Shown: positions 38,236 to 51,580, counted from the first letter of the stretch. The stretch is DNA of 64,000 nucleotides from the human T2T-CHM13v2.0 reference genome, Homo sapiens (GCF_009914755.1 NC_060935.1), one strand, 5' to 3'. The notes: generated by a model not told the origin, from the letters alone. Numbers and translations: made by a program.

Positions 38236-41200
38236 TTTGAACTATCAAACATCTCTTACCCATATGAGGTTGGTTTTCAAAGAAAATAAAGCCTTCCACT
38301 GCATCATTAACTTAGGTAGATTCCTAACAAATACATTTATTTTATCACCCTTGGATGATTTTCCTGGTGTACCAAGGTCATATCAAGAAAAGAAAGGCAG
38401 AAGGATCAACATCATGCAAGGGTATGTGTGGATTAGAAGGGCTGAAGTTCACTGAATCCCAAGACTCAGGCAGAGGAGCATGCCACCCTGCGTAGGAACA
38501 TAGGAGCTAGTGGAGAGGAAAGCTTGGTTCAGACAGCAATCCATAGCAGCTACAGTGCCATAACCATGACTGAAAGCAGGCGGGGTCATTCCAGAAAGAT
38601 GCTTTCCAGAGGCACAGAATCTGAAGCACAGCTTGTCCTAGTGGGTGCCTACAGGGCGTGCACCGAGTCCTTTGTGTGCACAGAATGTTGATAAGTTAGC
38701 TGTGCGTAACTCAGAGAGTGCCTGCACTTACCATCGATCTATAACTCATTGCAAAGAAATGCTCCTATAGCGTCAATCTCAGCCATCTCCTCTCTCAACA
38801 TTTCTGTCAATGCAATTTAGCACAGAATCAAAAGAATTATTGCCTATATTCATAACACTAACACTTTACATTTGTACAACACCCCACTATGGCTGTCCAA
38901 CTGATTTTCACAACTACTTCAGTAGGAAAGGTAGGCATTCTATTTTCCTATTTGTCATATGAGAGAGCTGAGGTCAGGAAAGACTTTACATTGGTCACCT
39001 AGAAATGAGAATTGCGGTCACTGGCCCTCTATGTCCTTTCCAAGATGCCCCCAGAAAGTAAGAAACTGGAGGAAACAGAGAGCCCAGACTAATATTGATT
39101 GAATACACTTTTTAAATATATGGCAAACCTCCATCATCAGATAAGAAAATGGAAAATGCAGAGAACTGAAGATTTTAGTTGTGTGACCTAGAGCAAGTAG
39201 CTCGAGCATTCCGAGTCTCTCTTGCCTGTATCTATAAAATAGAGTTCATAATGGTAACTAACCTCACTGGATTACTGGGTGGAGTCATAAAATGTGGTAG
39301 CTTATGTACTTACTTTAAGAAAATAAATTGCACAAAGCTTATAAATGATGAAAGTATGATTGAAATCACAGGTATATGATTCCAAGTCTTGCCTTTTCTC
39401 CTAAGGCCATATTGCCCCATAGAGGAATCAGAGCAGATAATGCAGACAAATTAGACTTGACCCGCTAAGCAAACCATAATTCTGACCTAATTCTCTGACA
39501 TGTACTGCCCATAGGATTGCCATAAGAAAAATGTCTACAGCAATTCGCACTGGACACACTTCTTCACACCTGCCAAAGCGTCACACAAGGCATCTCCCCA
39601 TAATTTAGCTATTATTAGAACCACAAACTAGAAAATCTTTTGACTGTCAAGAGAACAGGACATCAATTTTCATCTTGCATCTGCTTTAAAGAGTAGGAGT
39701 GAAGTTAGATTATCAGTGACATTTTCTCACTGGAAAGATTGCCTGGATCATATTTGTATTCATTTTCATAAATGCAATATACAAGCCCCTAATAGAACAA
39801 AATCTACTAATTAAATTCCACTCAATAATGCATTTTCACCTTAGATTAGCGGTGTCCTTGTACATTTCTGCCAGTATAGTGCAACTAATGTCTTATTTAG
39901 CTTATAAATGGTGCTTATCATTAAATTTGAAATATTAACGAGCATCAATGAGCCCAAAGTGACAGCACAGTAAATAATTTGAAAGGGCTCTACGGTGAAG
40001 ACCTATTTTTGCTTAATTTAATTTATTTATTAAAACTTAAACATATAAATCTGGCAGGTTGCTAGCTTGCTGCCATGGCAGCCCAGGCCTTCAACACAGC
40101 CCTAAAACAGAAGATACAGAAACAGCCACAAACCTGAGGCGTCTGAAGGGAAGGCTCTTCTCCCAGTGCCTTCATTTGCTGGGTGGGAAATGTGGCCACC
40201 CCAAGGTTGATTCCCGATCCCTGTTTTCCCTGCAGTTTACCTTAAGAGTTAAGACCTTTGGATTAAGTGAAATACCTGGAAAATGTTTATGATTTCCATG
40301 TTCATATCCAGAAAAGGGTTATAATATCTACATTGCCAACACTGTCTGTGTAGGATCTCGGTGTTTACAGCATGTGTGAGAGGGTTTGGGCAGGATATGG
40401 TATATATTAGTCAAGGCAAAATACATTGTGGATTAATGCTGTAACATTTGATCTCATGGATCTTTAAGGAGTAGGTTGGACCAATATTATTATGATGAAG
40501 CCATTGTATTGATGAAGAAGCTAAGGTTCAGAAATGCTAAGTTATCTTCCCAAGTTCACAAAACAAGATAGAAGCAGAGTTATATATAACTCAACTCAGA
40601 AAGCCCTCCAAGGCTTGGCTTCAAGTCTCTTCCAAACCTGATATTTCAGGTGTTTAGGCAACTGCTTCTGTACCTCTTTCTCCAGCCATATATATACACA
40701 CACATACACACTCACTCATCCGGACACATATATTTCTTCTCTGAAATATATGTATATACATGTATAAAAATAAATATATATACTTATTGCAGAGAAGAAA
40801 GAGAAACTCCTATTCATATTGCAATAATATCTGTCTCCATTTTTATTCATTGACCACATTTCATTATCTCATTAATTCATTTACTTATACACGCATCTAT
40901 TTAAAACAAATGTTTATCAAATACCTACTTTTTGCCAAGCAGTGTTTTAAGCATCGAGGGTGCGACGGAACAAAAACAGAATTCCTTGCCATCATGGAGT
41001 TGGTATTCTTGTGTGTGTATCGGGGAGAGGCAGGCAATGAGCAAACTAAATGGAAATATTGGATGGTCCACTAGGAAGTGTTAACTAAGGGAGAATAATG
41101 AATGGGGAGCAAGGGGTGCTAGAGGAAACGTGGAGGTTATGATTAAAGGGCAAAAATGACAAATTTAGAATTTGATAATTTTCCCTTTGGGGTTCTATCA

Positions 41201-42529
41201 GAAGGTTGTTGTCTAACCCTCCCCTTCCCCAGTACATTCATACCATAAACTGATTGCTGCCTAAGGATCAAACTTCCTTGTTACCAGCAGAAGATTATTG
41301 GAATGGCTGTTTGTTTTCTAACTGGCTGGAGCAACGTTGACATCCAGTGGTGAATTCGATTAATCACAGGTGCCCCCACTCTTGCTCTTTCATCTCCGTG
41401 TATGGGAGGAGGGCTAGGATACAAGCACTGGTTAGTAGTGCTGGTTAGGAGTTTGTGCCGCAGTTCAGCCCCAGGCTCCTCTGCAGATCCACACCCTCCC
41501 CAGCTCCTGCTTCCCACCCTCCTTCCACTGGTTTGCCTTGGTTTCAAGAGCATGCACGTTACCATAGCAATATAACTATGTCATCCTTAGTGCAGCTCCA
41601 GGACGTGCATGTCTATGTACGTAGGTATCTGCCCACCCGAGGTTTGCATACACATGCATGTGCTTACTATGTTTCTAGGTCAATCTGTATACACATGTGA
41701 ATCCTGTGTTACTCACACACAGTATGACAGTGTGCTGTTCTTCCTCCCAGGGCGCCCTTTCTGTCCTCGGGAGCATATTAATAGGAACACAGAAGGGAAA
41801 GCACCCTGCATCCTGTGTCCTTTTCCATCTGGTTGATGTTACATTGTCTGTTTCTAATGAAGCAGAAACGAGCATGGATGCCTTGGGCTTACATCCCCCT
41901 GGATTTGCTAACCACCGTTGAGATGCCAGCAGGCGTGGCTGACCCTCCATGAATGACACCAGGCAGGAAGGACTCATTTCATTTTCTTCATGCCCTCCAG
42001 GGTGGTGGATGCGCTGCCCCGCTCCCTACTTACAAAGGGCAGAACACACTGCACACAGAGCCCCTGCCCTCCGCGAGCCTAGAGTCTGGAAATACCATAG
42101 ACAGGGACAGAGAAAGATCTGGAATCAACTGGAATCACCCTTACCTTTGTCTCTAAATTCAGCACCTGTAAGCGCCACTACTTATCAGTTAATACATTTT
42201 ATGTGTTCGGATCATTTCTAGACATTGACAGGCCACTGACAACTACCCCCCCACCCCGGAATCTGAGGCTGAGGCCGCCCCACAAAACTGCATTTTGAAA
42301 TCCTTTCTACCTCTGGGTATGGGCAAAGGGAAGGAAAAAAAGAGGCCCTCTAACGAGTTGAACACACTGCACAATTAAATATGGATTGGAAAGTCTCCCT
42401 GAGTATTCTTCCCCGCATCTCTCCACCTCCGCAGGGAGACGTCTGGATGTGATTCCCAAGCTGTCCCCATCCAGTGATTACGTTCATCAGGACACCAGCC
42501 TTGTGGTTAAAGCACTTTCCTTACTGCTG

Positions 42530-43060
42530 CACGTTTAATTAGACAACCCTTCCCCAGAAATTATTTATAGCCAGGTTCCAGAGCTATTGTTAGTCCGAAT
42601 GTAAATAAGATTCAGGGCGGGAGTCCCCGCGCCGCAGCGGCTGGTGCGCTCCTGCCAGGAGCCGGCGCGCGCGGGAGCACGTCCGGGGCTTTTACGGCCG
42701 GAACTCGGGCTATTAAAAAGCCCAGGCGCGATTTTCTAATTAAACTTTTGATACAGGACCACACAAAAGACTAAACCTACCAGGTCAGCGTGAGTACACG
42801 GAGGAGGAGCCTAGGAGAGAAGAGGGAAGGGCTGGGGAAAAGGGGCGGCCTCACCGGAGGAGCTGCTGGGGGCTCGCCGTGCAGGCGCCTCGTGGGTACC
42901 AGGGCTGCCTGGAAAGGAACTTCCAGCGACCAGGCACAAATAACTGCTTCGAGGGGGCCAAGGTAGTACTGAGTCTGCTGAAGGCTCAGGGCGGGGATTT
43001 TCACCTGTAAGCAGCGTTTGCAATCCCTCATGGCCCCAGGGGACACACCACCCACCCACC
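42530..43060. promoter_or_regulatory. Small CpG cluster with TF motifs; candidate enhancer or alternative promoter
   Basis: About 18 CpG in 42618-42730 within a CpG-depleted window; MEF2-consensus ttatttatag 42561-42570; ttttacggcc 42690-42699; taatta sites; GC box gggcgg. Confidence 0.6.
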
Positions 43061-44087
43061 GGTACCTGACTTCAACTCTGCCTTCTGCACTGTTTCAGTT
43101 CAGTTTAAATTAAATGTGCGGAGCTGCCTCCAAATGCCAGGCTCTGTTCTTGGTGCTGGCATTATACCAGCTAAATGGAACACAGCCCCTGCCCTCAAGA
43201 TCCTCACATTCTTGTGAACAATGCGGACATATAATCAAATGAATGGAAGCAATATAAGGTTATAAGAACCTCAGGAACGCTTAATGGATACAGACACTTT
43301 ACATGCCTCCTTTCATTTAATGTGCACAGCACCCCTAGGAGTTGAATACTGTTATTGTCATACCCATGTGTCAGCTGAGAAAACTGAGACTCTAAAAGGA
43401 CGAATAACTCCTTATAGGTCACATGGTTGGTAAATAGCTGACTATGAAACCCAAGCCCCTAAGTAACCATCACTTTCCTCTCTACCAGGGCACTGTGATG
43501 AGTGCAGCATAACCAAATACGTACATCTGCAACTAAGAAAGTAGAAAGGGAGAATGTGTCATATTATGGAGGGAAATGGTGGTCAGAGAGAGCTTTGCCA
43601 AGAAGACTAAACGTGAGCGGGTAGCTCAAGAATGAATGGAAGTTTGCTAGGCAGACGGGAGTCAGAGGGAGGATATTATATTTGGGTTATATGACAACCC
43701 AAATGAACTGTGCTGTGCTCGTTTATGAAGGCAAACTTACATCTAGGGGCTAAGGCTCTTACTCAATGATAGTATTAGTAGTCATAGAAGGAGTAGTAGT
43801 GATAATAATAAAAGAGGATGTGGAAAGTTGGAATTGGAATTCAAAATGCTAAAAAGAAGCTAAAATCTCTCCTCTTTCCCTCCCTCCCTCCCTTCTTCCC
43901 TCTGTCTCTCCTTCCTTCCTTCCTTCCTTTTTTCTTTCCTTTCTTTGATGTTGATTGTGCTCATATGATTGAAGGAGAGCAGGGAAATAAAGGGGATAAA
44001 ACTTTGAGGAAAAGAATTAGATTATTTAAATAAATGCCAAAAATCTACCTTCAATACTTCCCTTTTAAAGACCCCTAGAAGAGTGGG

Positions 44088-44508
44088 TCTAGGGGTCAGG
44101 CAAGTTCTTGGTCCCAATGTCAGCAGGACGTGAGCCTCCTGTGAGGGCTAAAACCAACCAACCAGCTTAGGGACCCTGAAGGGAAGACCTGGCTTTAGTG
44201 AATCTGGAGATAGAAAGTGTGTCCAGGATAACCCCAGAGAAAGTATCAGCTCCAAGATGTGCTTGGTATAGTCAAGATTCCAAGGGTGAAAGAAGCAGCT
44301 AACTCTGCGAGGCAGGAATTAGTATTTGTGGAAAACACACAGGCTCTTGGAATCAACCAAAATAAGATGAAATGTGATGCAGCTCCTCTGGGCAGCCCCA
44401 GCCAAGAGTCTTCTCTTTAGAGTCCATGGTGGATGGTGATGAGGGTCCCTTCCATCCTCCCCCTGCCATCCATGGGTCTTGCTCGGCTCCCTGCTGCCTA
44501 GGGAGCAC
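44088..44508 (+). repeat. Inverted repeat A, left arm (421 bp, no recognisable TE)
   Basis: Reverse complement of 46007-46422 with ~22 substitutions and 5 gapped nt; ORFs 44319..44531(-) and 45966..46196(+) give near-identical peptides. Confidence 0.97.
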
Positions 44509-44766
44509 GCAAGTCCCTTCTTCAATAGCAATTCCCTTTGAAGGAGAGTTCTACACAGACTTTAGCATATTTTTCACCAATGTCTGTCCTCATTGTAGAT
44601 GGGGTTATTAAGCATGTTGTGCCCCCTGAAAAAGAAAAGGCACAGAGAAAATACCTTGTCTGAGACTTCCTTACTCCCACTGCTCATCAAATGGTTTGGT
44701 TCTGATACAGGATTTGAAGGCAAATGTATGGGTGCAAAGAGGGATAAAGATTAAAACTTGATTCAT

Positions 44767-45064
44767 AGCTGGGTACAGTGGCTCATGCCTGTAATCCCAG
44801 CACTTTGGGGGACCGAGATGGGCAGATCTGAAGTCAGGAGTTCGAGACCAGCCTGACCAATATGGTGAAACCCCATCTCTACTAAAAAAAAAAAAAAAAT
44901 ACAAAAATTAGCTGGGCGTAGTCCCAGCTACTCGGAAGCCTGAGACAAAAGAATCGCTTGAACCCGGGATGCAGAAGGCAGAGGTTGCAGTGAGTCAAGA
45001 TTGCGCCACTGCACTCCAGCCTGGGCAACAGAGAGAGGCTCCATCTCAAAAAAAAAAAAAAAAA
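44767..45064 (+). mobile_element. Alu, AluS-type, in the spacer of inverted repeat A
   Basis: Dimeric Alu with expanded middle A run and small internal deletions; TSD aa(a/t)acttga(t/c)tcat at 44753-44766 and 45063-45076. Confidence 0.93.
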
Positions 45065-46006
45065 TACTTGACTCATAACTTTCTATGTATTTTTTTTTCC
45101 CCGGAGCCACAAAACAAGACAATCTGGCCAGAAAAGTCTATCTCAGTAATAATTTTAGTGTGCCTGGCACAAACAGCTCCATGGAGAGTCCCTGCTTTGT
45201 TGGCACCTCTAAGGCCAGTCAAAACCATTCCACTTCCAGTAGGGAAGACAAGGATGTCTATTATTTTAAACATATAATTGATTCTAATTCATCATTTATC
45301 GCTCAGTGACAGATTTCTATATAGTTTATTATTTCTGTAGCAGCACAGGTCCTAAGGGGCCGTCTCCTATTGTTCCACTTTTCCTGGTGCGGCCTCTGCC
45401 GAGGCAGCTCCCCTTATCTGTCTGATTAAGTTAGGGAGCCTGGTATCTCTGGGTCCCCAGGTAACTGTCAGCATTGCACATCCTCCGACTGCAGGATTAA
45501 AGGAGCCTTTTACCCCTCTCCTCCTTGACCTGTCTGTCACAGTTAGTCTTCTTGTCTGCTTATTAATTTGGGACTCTAGGTCCCCAGGACCTGGGAGATA
45601 GCCATCACTCCTGTGCCCTCGCCCTCACACGTATCTGCACATGAGTCACACATATCTTGCTCCCAAGGCTCTGGAAAGGGAATGGAAGCACAGGATTAGA
45701 TAGGGCAGCCTTCTGATACCACTGCTTTCTGGTTTTTCTGTGGCTGTGCTATCAGCCCCGGCCACCAAATATCTCATCAGGTGTTCCCTTCCCATGTAGA
45801 TCTTTTTGTTCTGAGCTGGTGAATCAAATACACTTCCCTCTGCTAAGAACACCAGTGAGCTGATGCCCTGTCATCTGTTCCTCCTGGAAACGCTATTCTT
45901 TTCATCTGCATCTGATTGGCACATCCCAGATATGACTGGGGACACAGCTGGAGAGACAGTGCTGTATGCATGCACATGCCATCCACGCCGCAATGCTGGG
46001 GCTCAT

Positions 46007-46422
46007 GTGCTCCCTAGGCAACAGGGAGCTGAGCAAGACCCGTGGATGGTGGTGGGAGGATGGAAGGGACACTCATCACCATCCACCATGGACTCTCAAG
46101 AGAAGACTCCTGGCTGGGGCTGCCCAGAGGAGCTGCATCACATTGCATCTTATTTTGGTTGATTCCAAGAGCCTGTGTGTTTTCCACAAATACTAATTCC
46201 TTCCTCGCAGAGTTAGCTGCTTCTTTCACTCTTGGAATCTTGACTATACCAAGCACATCTTGGAGCTGATACTTTTTCCGGGGTTCTCCTGGACACACTT
46301 TCTATCCTTAGATTCATTAAAGCCAGGTCTTCCCTTCAGGGTCCCTAACTCGTTGGTTTTAGCCCTCACAGGAGGTTCACATCCTGCTGACATTGGGACC
46401 AAGAACTTGCCTGACCCCTAGA
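46007..46422 (-). repeat. Inverted repeat A, right arm (416 bp)
   Basis: ~94% identical to the reverse complement of 44088-44508. Confidence 0.97.
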
Positions 46423-47037
46423 AACATTCTTTCTCTTGCTAACCTGTCATATGCCACAAAATTGGGTTTGGCATAGTTCCGCCATCTGATTGGAATGTCC
46501 TGCGGCTGCCTGCCCATCCTTCAAGGTGCAGTTAAAATGTCCAGTCTCCTTGGTGAGCCCTGCTGAGTCCCCCAAGAAACATCCCCAGTCTGTCATTCTG
46601 TCACGGTTCCACTCATGAGGGAGCCCATGACACCATCATGTGATAATCTGCAAATGTGTCCTCACATTAGAGGGTGAGTTTGATAGTGTTTGCTGAATCT
46701 AGCTGAGTGCATTGAGCAGAGTTCACCCAGTGGCTTACATGTGTAAGTCTATGAGGCAAAGGGGCACTTTCTCCCTGTCTTCTCACTTGGGGGGAGCCTG
46801 TGTTGACTGTGTTTACTTGTTAGCATGGCTACTCTGGGCCTACTCATGCTCCAATCCCCTCCCCTGTGGGAAGTTTTTCTGTCTACTCTAAAGGTGTCTT
46901 ATTTTCTTTAACTTCTTTAGGGCCTCCCATCTTTGTCAGTTTTCATAGATGTTCATAACCAAAAAGGGGAAAAAACAATCCCCAACACAATTCATGTTGT
47001 CGTTAGGCATAAAAAAGGTATTTTCCAGAGAGAACTC

Positions 47038-47385
47038 TTCTATGCTCTGAATGTTTGTGACCCTCCAAATTTTATATGTGGAAATCTTGACCCCCAAGGT
47101 GAAGGTGGGGGCTCTTGGGAGGTGATTAGGTCATGAGGATGGAGCCCTCATGAATGGGATAGGTGTTCTTATAAAAGGCCCAAATGAGACACCTCACCCT
47201 ATCTGCCATGTGAGAATAGTGACAAAATGCCATCTATGAACCAGGAAGTAGGCCCTTGCCAGATACCCAATCTGTTGATGCCTGGGGAGTGGGTTTCCAG
47301 CCTCCGGAAATATGAGAAATAAATTTCTGTTGTAAGCTACCCAGTTTATGGTATTTTGTTATAACAACCGAAACACACTAAGACA
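47038..47385 (+). mobile_element. MaLR solo LTR (MLT1A/MLT1A0-like)
   Basis: ctatgctctgaatgtttgtg start, ggaggtgattaggtcatgaggatggagccctcatgaatggga, gagaaataaatttctgttgt, ctaagaca end. Confidence 0.88.
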
Positions 47386-48437
47386 AACCTTAACTATATA
47401 CACAGAAGACCTCTGAAGTCATCTAGCCAAATTCCCTCTTTCCGCAGATGAGGAAACAAAAGGTCAGATGATAGGAACCTTGTGTGATGTCAACTAGCTG
47501 CAGGTTGCTAGCAAAGAAAGTCCTATATTTCTTTAAAATGCTGTGGGACTAGTTCCTGCTCCCAGCAGTCCTGCCCTATCTGGCAGGAGCTCTTCTCAGC
47601 TCATCATAGGGATGAGCTTTGCCTCTGGAGAAGGAATTCGTGTCTCTAAACCTACTATCATTTCTCTTTCAGATCTCACCCTCCCCAGGTGGCGAGACCC
47701 CCTCTCGCCCCAGCCCCCTCCCTAGCAATGACACTGCCGTTTCCTACAGCAAGTGTAAAGCACACACAGACTCGGTTTGGGGATAGTTAATTTCCAATTC
47801 TTTCCAGATGGGTTGGAATAATATCCCCAGGTGGTAAATACATTATTAAGAAGGCAGTTTGGTGTGAAATTGGCTATTAAAATATAGATAAAGTTTAATA
47901 TATTGAGCTCCTTGTCAGAAAAATCACTTTAGAGGGAGCTTATTATTTGTTTGATATTAAAAGAGTCACAGCTCTGCTCCAAGTGACAAATGGGGTGGGG
48001 GGGGGAATGCCACCGGTAATGAACAAAAGCTTTTTAACATTTAAATTTAGGTTTTTCTTGTAGCTCTGCGTGCTGCCACGAGCGTGCCTGTGTGGTACAG
48101 CCAGAGGCGGCCATCAGAAATGTCAGGAACTCCGGCGCCAAGGAGGCTGCCAGCCAGGCTGTAAACAGCTGGAGTCTCTCCAAAAGAAAAGAGCTACGAG
48201 ACAGCAAAAAGTAGAGCTTCAGGTGGTTCTGTTGGCAACGTTGTGGAAAGGCGACAGGGGTCTATCTCAGGGCAGGAAGTGGAAGTTTCTCCCACCTTCT
48301 TCCAAAGTAGCCCAACCTCTACCCAAAACGCATCCCCCTCAAAGGCAGCTTGTTTCAGGAAGCCTGCTTGCACTCAGCCCACCAGACCTGGAAACCCATC
48401 TTTCCTGTGTAGACACACCGCTGAGCCAAATCTATAA

Positions 48438-48840
<403 letters not shown>

Positions 48841-49177
48841 TGAAAGTGTGTCAGAACTTCTAAGTATAAACCTGTAGTTACAGATGTACCATACAATACC
48901 CTTGACCAAGCCAAGTACTTAGTAGGCAGTATGCCATGTTTAACAATGCCCCTCACAAGCTCTCTACTGGAGGAAATCCTTAATGTATAATTGCAGCTGG
49001 GTTTATCCTTTCTCACACTGACAAAATCCTCCAGGAAGTGTGCAGAGATCTGAAATGGAGGAGAGAAGTAATAAGGAAGGCATAGAAACCACACTCTCTT
49101 TTCATTTAAACAGTAGGCCAATGACCACAATTAGAGAAAAAAGATGTTCCTGGGAAAAAAATAATGCTAGATTGGCT

Positions 49178-49592
49178 TAATATGGTTTGTCCCTTCCAAA
49201 TTTCATGTTGAAAGGTAATCCCCAATGTTGGAGGTGGGGCCTGGTGGGAGGTGTCTGTCTCATGGGGGCGGGTTCTTCACGAATGATCTGGTGCCATCCT
49301 CACAGTATTAAGTGAGTCCTTCTCGTATGGTTTCCTGTGAGATCCAGTTGTTTAACACAGTATGGCAGCTCCCCTGCCTCCTTTCTTGCTCCCTCTCTCG
49401 CCATGTGATACACTGCTTCCCCTTTGCCTTCCGCCATGAGTAAAATCTCCCTGAGGCCTCACTAGAAGACAGCAGATGTAGGCACCATGCTTCCTGTACA
49501 GTCTGCAGAACCATGAGCTAATTACACCTCTTTTCTTTATGGGTTACCCAGTCTCAGTTATTCCTTAATAATGATGCAAACTGACTGACACA
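49178..49592 (+). mobile_element. MaLR solo LTR (MSTB-like)
   Basis: atatggtttg start, ccccaatgttggaggtggggcctggtgggagg, cttcctgtacagtctgcagaaccatgagc; TSD tgg(c/t)t. Confidence 0.88.
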
Positions 49593-50849
49593 TGGTTGGA
49601 CAGGGGTCTTTAAAAAGAAATAATAATAATAACTAATTAGTATGGTGTCAACAGGGTTGGAGTCCCTATTTCAAATGTTTACTACCCACATGCCTACATG
49701 CATAGGTACACACATTTACACATGTGCACACACACACAGACACACCAATGCATGGCCCCTTCCTTCCTAAGAGTGAACCTTTATAACAAAAGAACAGGTC
49801 TCTGGTTTTTAAGCTAAACTGATAGAAGGAATCTCAGCAAATGATAAAGAAGAAGGCTATGTTTTTCACCTGGATGCTATCATTGGGTGACTTTAGCATT
49901 AGTCTTTCCCTAGCACCATGGTCACTGGTTGTGATAGAACTATAGCCATAGTCCAGGCCAAGCCTTTCTTGCTAGCCAAAGCCCAGCCAATAACTGACTG
50001 TTTTCTTACCACTTGGAAAGTGGAGGAGTTATCATGTCACATATTCAGAGGGACCAATGAAGAATAAGTGGCAAAGGCCATCTGGAGTACCAGCCTTCCT
50101 GGTGTACTTCAATCAAACATTGCCCAAAGTGGAGACCAATGAGGGAACTGGGATTAAAACCCAAAGGCCTATAGATTGCCTCAGCCTCAGATCACTCAAG
50201 TATTGACCCCTTTCTCTCAGCGGAACTCTAGGTGCACCCATGATAATTGTGCAGCAATGGCTGAGAGGGATGTGCTTGACAAAATCCTCATGATCTGGCA
50301 AGAGTATTTATTGTGAGTGCTGTTGCTTCAGTACAGAGCAGCTATTGCCATAAGTGCCTTTGTAGCTATGAGTAATAACTGTCATCTTTTAAGTGACAAG
50401 TGGCTGGAATTGAACTTAACTTTTGACAAACAGAAAGAGAGAAAACAAACACAAGTGGTTTGAAAGTGATACAATAAATAGGTCAGATGGTTAGACTGGG
50501 ATTGACTCTCTTGAGATCAAGACAGGAGTTAAAAATAAAAATAAAATAAAAACAAAAGCCCTTTGCTTTTGAAAGAAGAATTCTTGGGGCCAGGAATGGA
50601 TCTAGGCACTTTCCCTTAACTTATTCCACTGAATCTTCACTCAGCCTCACAAAGTTTGTACTATGGTCCCAGTTTGATGGCTAAGGAAGGTTCAACAGGG
50701 TAAGGTCACCACTCAGCTTTTCAGAGCTGCTGAGGTGCAAGACTAGACTTTCATTCCAGGTCTGTATAGACAGAAAGCACCTTGCTCAGTCCTTGCTGAT
50801 TAGACAGGTGAGAATGCCTTTTCAGTTCTGCATCCATGTATTCATAAAG

Positions 50850-51070
50850 ATCTGTGTTTGAATCCTGTCTCACCGCTTACATCCATGTCGCCCTGAGTAA
50901 GCCTCTTAACACTTTCTACCGAGGGGGTTCTTGCTTTCTTTATCTATCAAATAAGGAGGATGATGTTAGTTCTGTGTGCCCACAGGGGTAGCATGAGGAT
51001 TAATAAATACAATGATGGATATAAAAGTTCTCAGTAAGCTTTAAAATGGTACTGAAATATAAGACATAAT
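50850..51070 (+). mobile_element. MIR SINE
   Basis: gtgtttgaatcctgtctcaccgcttac..ctgagtaagcctcttaac..gaggattaataaa. Confidence 0.6.
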
Positions 51071-51580
51071 CATAAGGCTATTCTTCACCTTTAAGTGGAA
51101 TTTTTTCTATAGATAATATATGTGTGGGTGTGAATGTGTATAGGGAGAAAGAGAGGAGGGAAGGAGAAGTAGAAGGAGGAAAGAGAAGAAGGACAAAGGA
51201 AAGAGAGGGGGGGTGGGAAGAGAAGAGAGATTGATCGTAGGTTGTGTCATCAGTTGACCAATCCTATAAGACCTTTTACTCAACTTTGCACAATGCTGGG
51301 CAGTTTGGAGACTTCTTAGCACCACTTGACCTCATTTGAACTTTAGAACAACTCCAGGAATTGTAGTTCTCTTTTTCATATCAGTGGGGGGAAAAATGCA
51401 AGTTAAAAGTCACAGTGACTTTTCTGATATACCACAAAATCTTAAATCCAATTTCTTCATTCATCTGTAAACAGCAGCATATGCCAGATATTGAAAAGAA
51501 AAACACAGCAGAAAACTTGAAGAAGATTTGCTTCATTAAGTGAATGTTTATTTAAATTGAGAAAATGTCATCAATGGTAT

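Noticed and set aside
40726-40753. 11-bp inverted repeat acatatatttc/gaaatatatgt
   Set aside because: Sits in low-complexity TA/CA sequence where such symmetry is expected.
42158-42176. REST/NRSE site (ttcagcacc-tgtaagcgcc)
   Set aside because: Left half matches, but the GGACAG core and spacer are missing.
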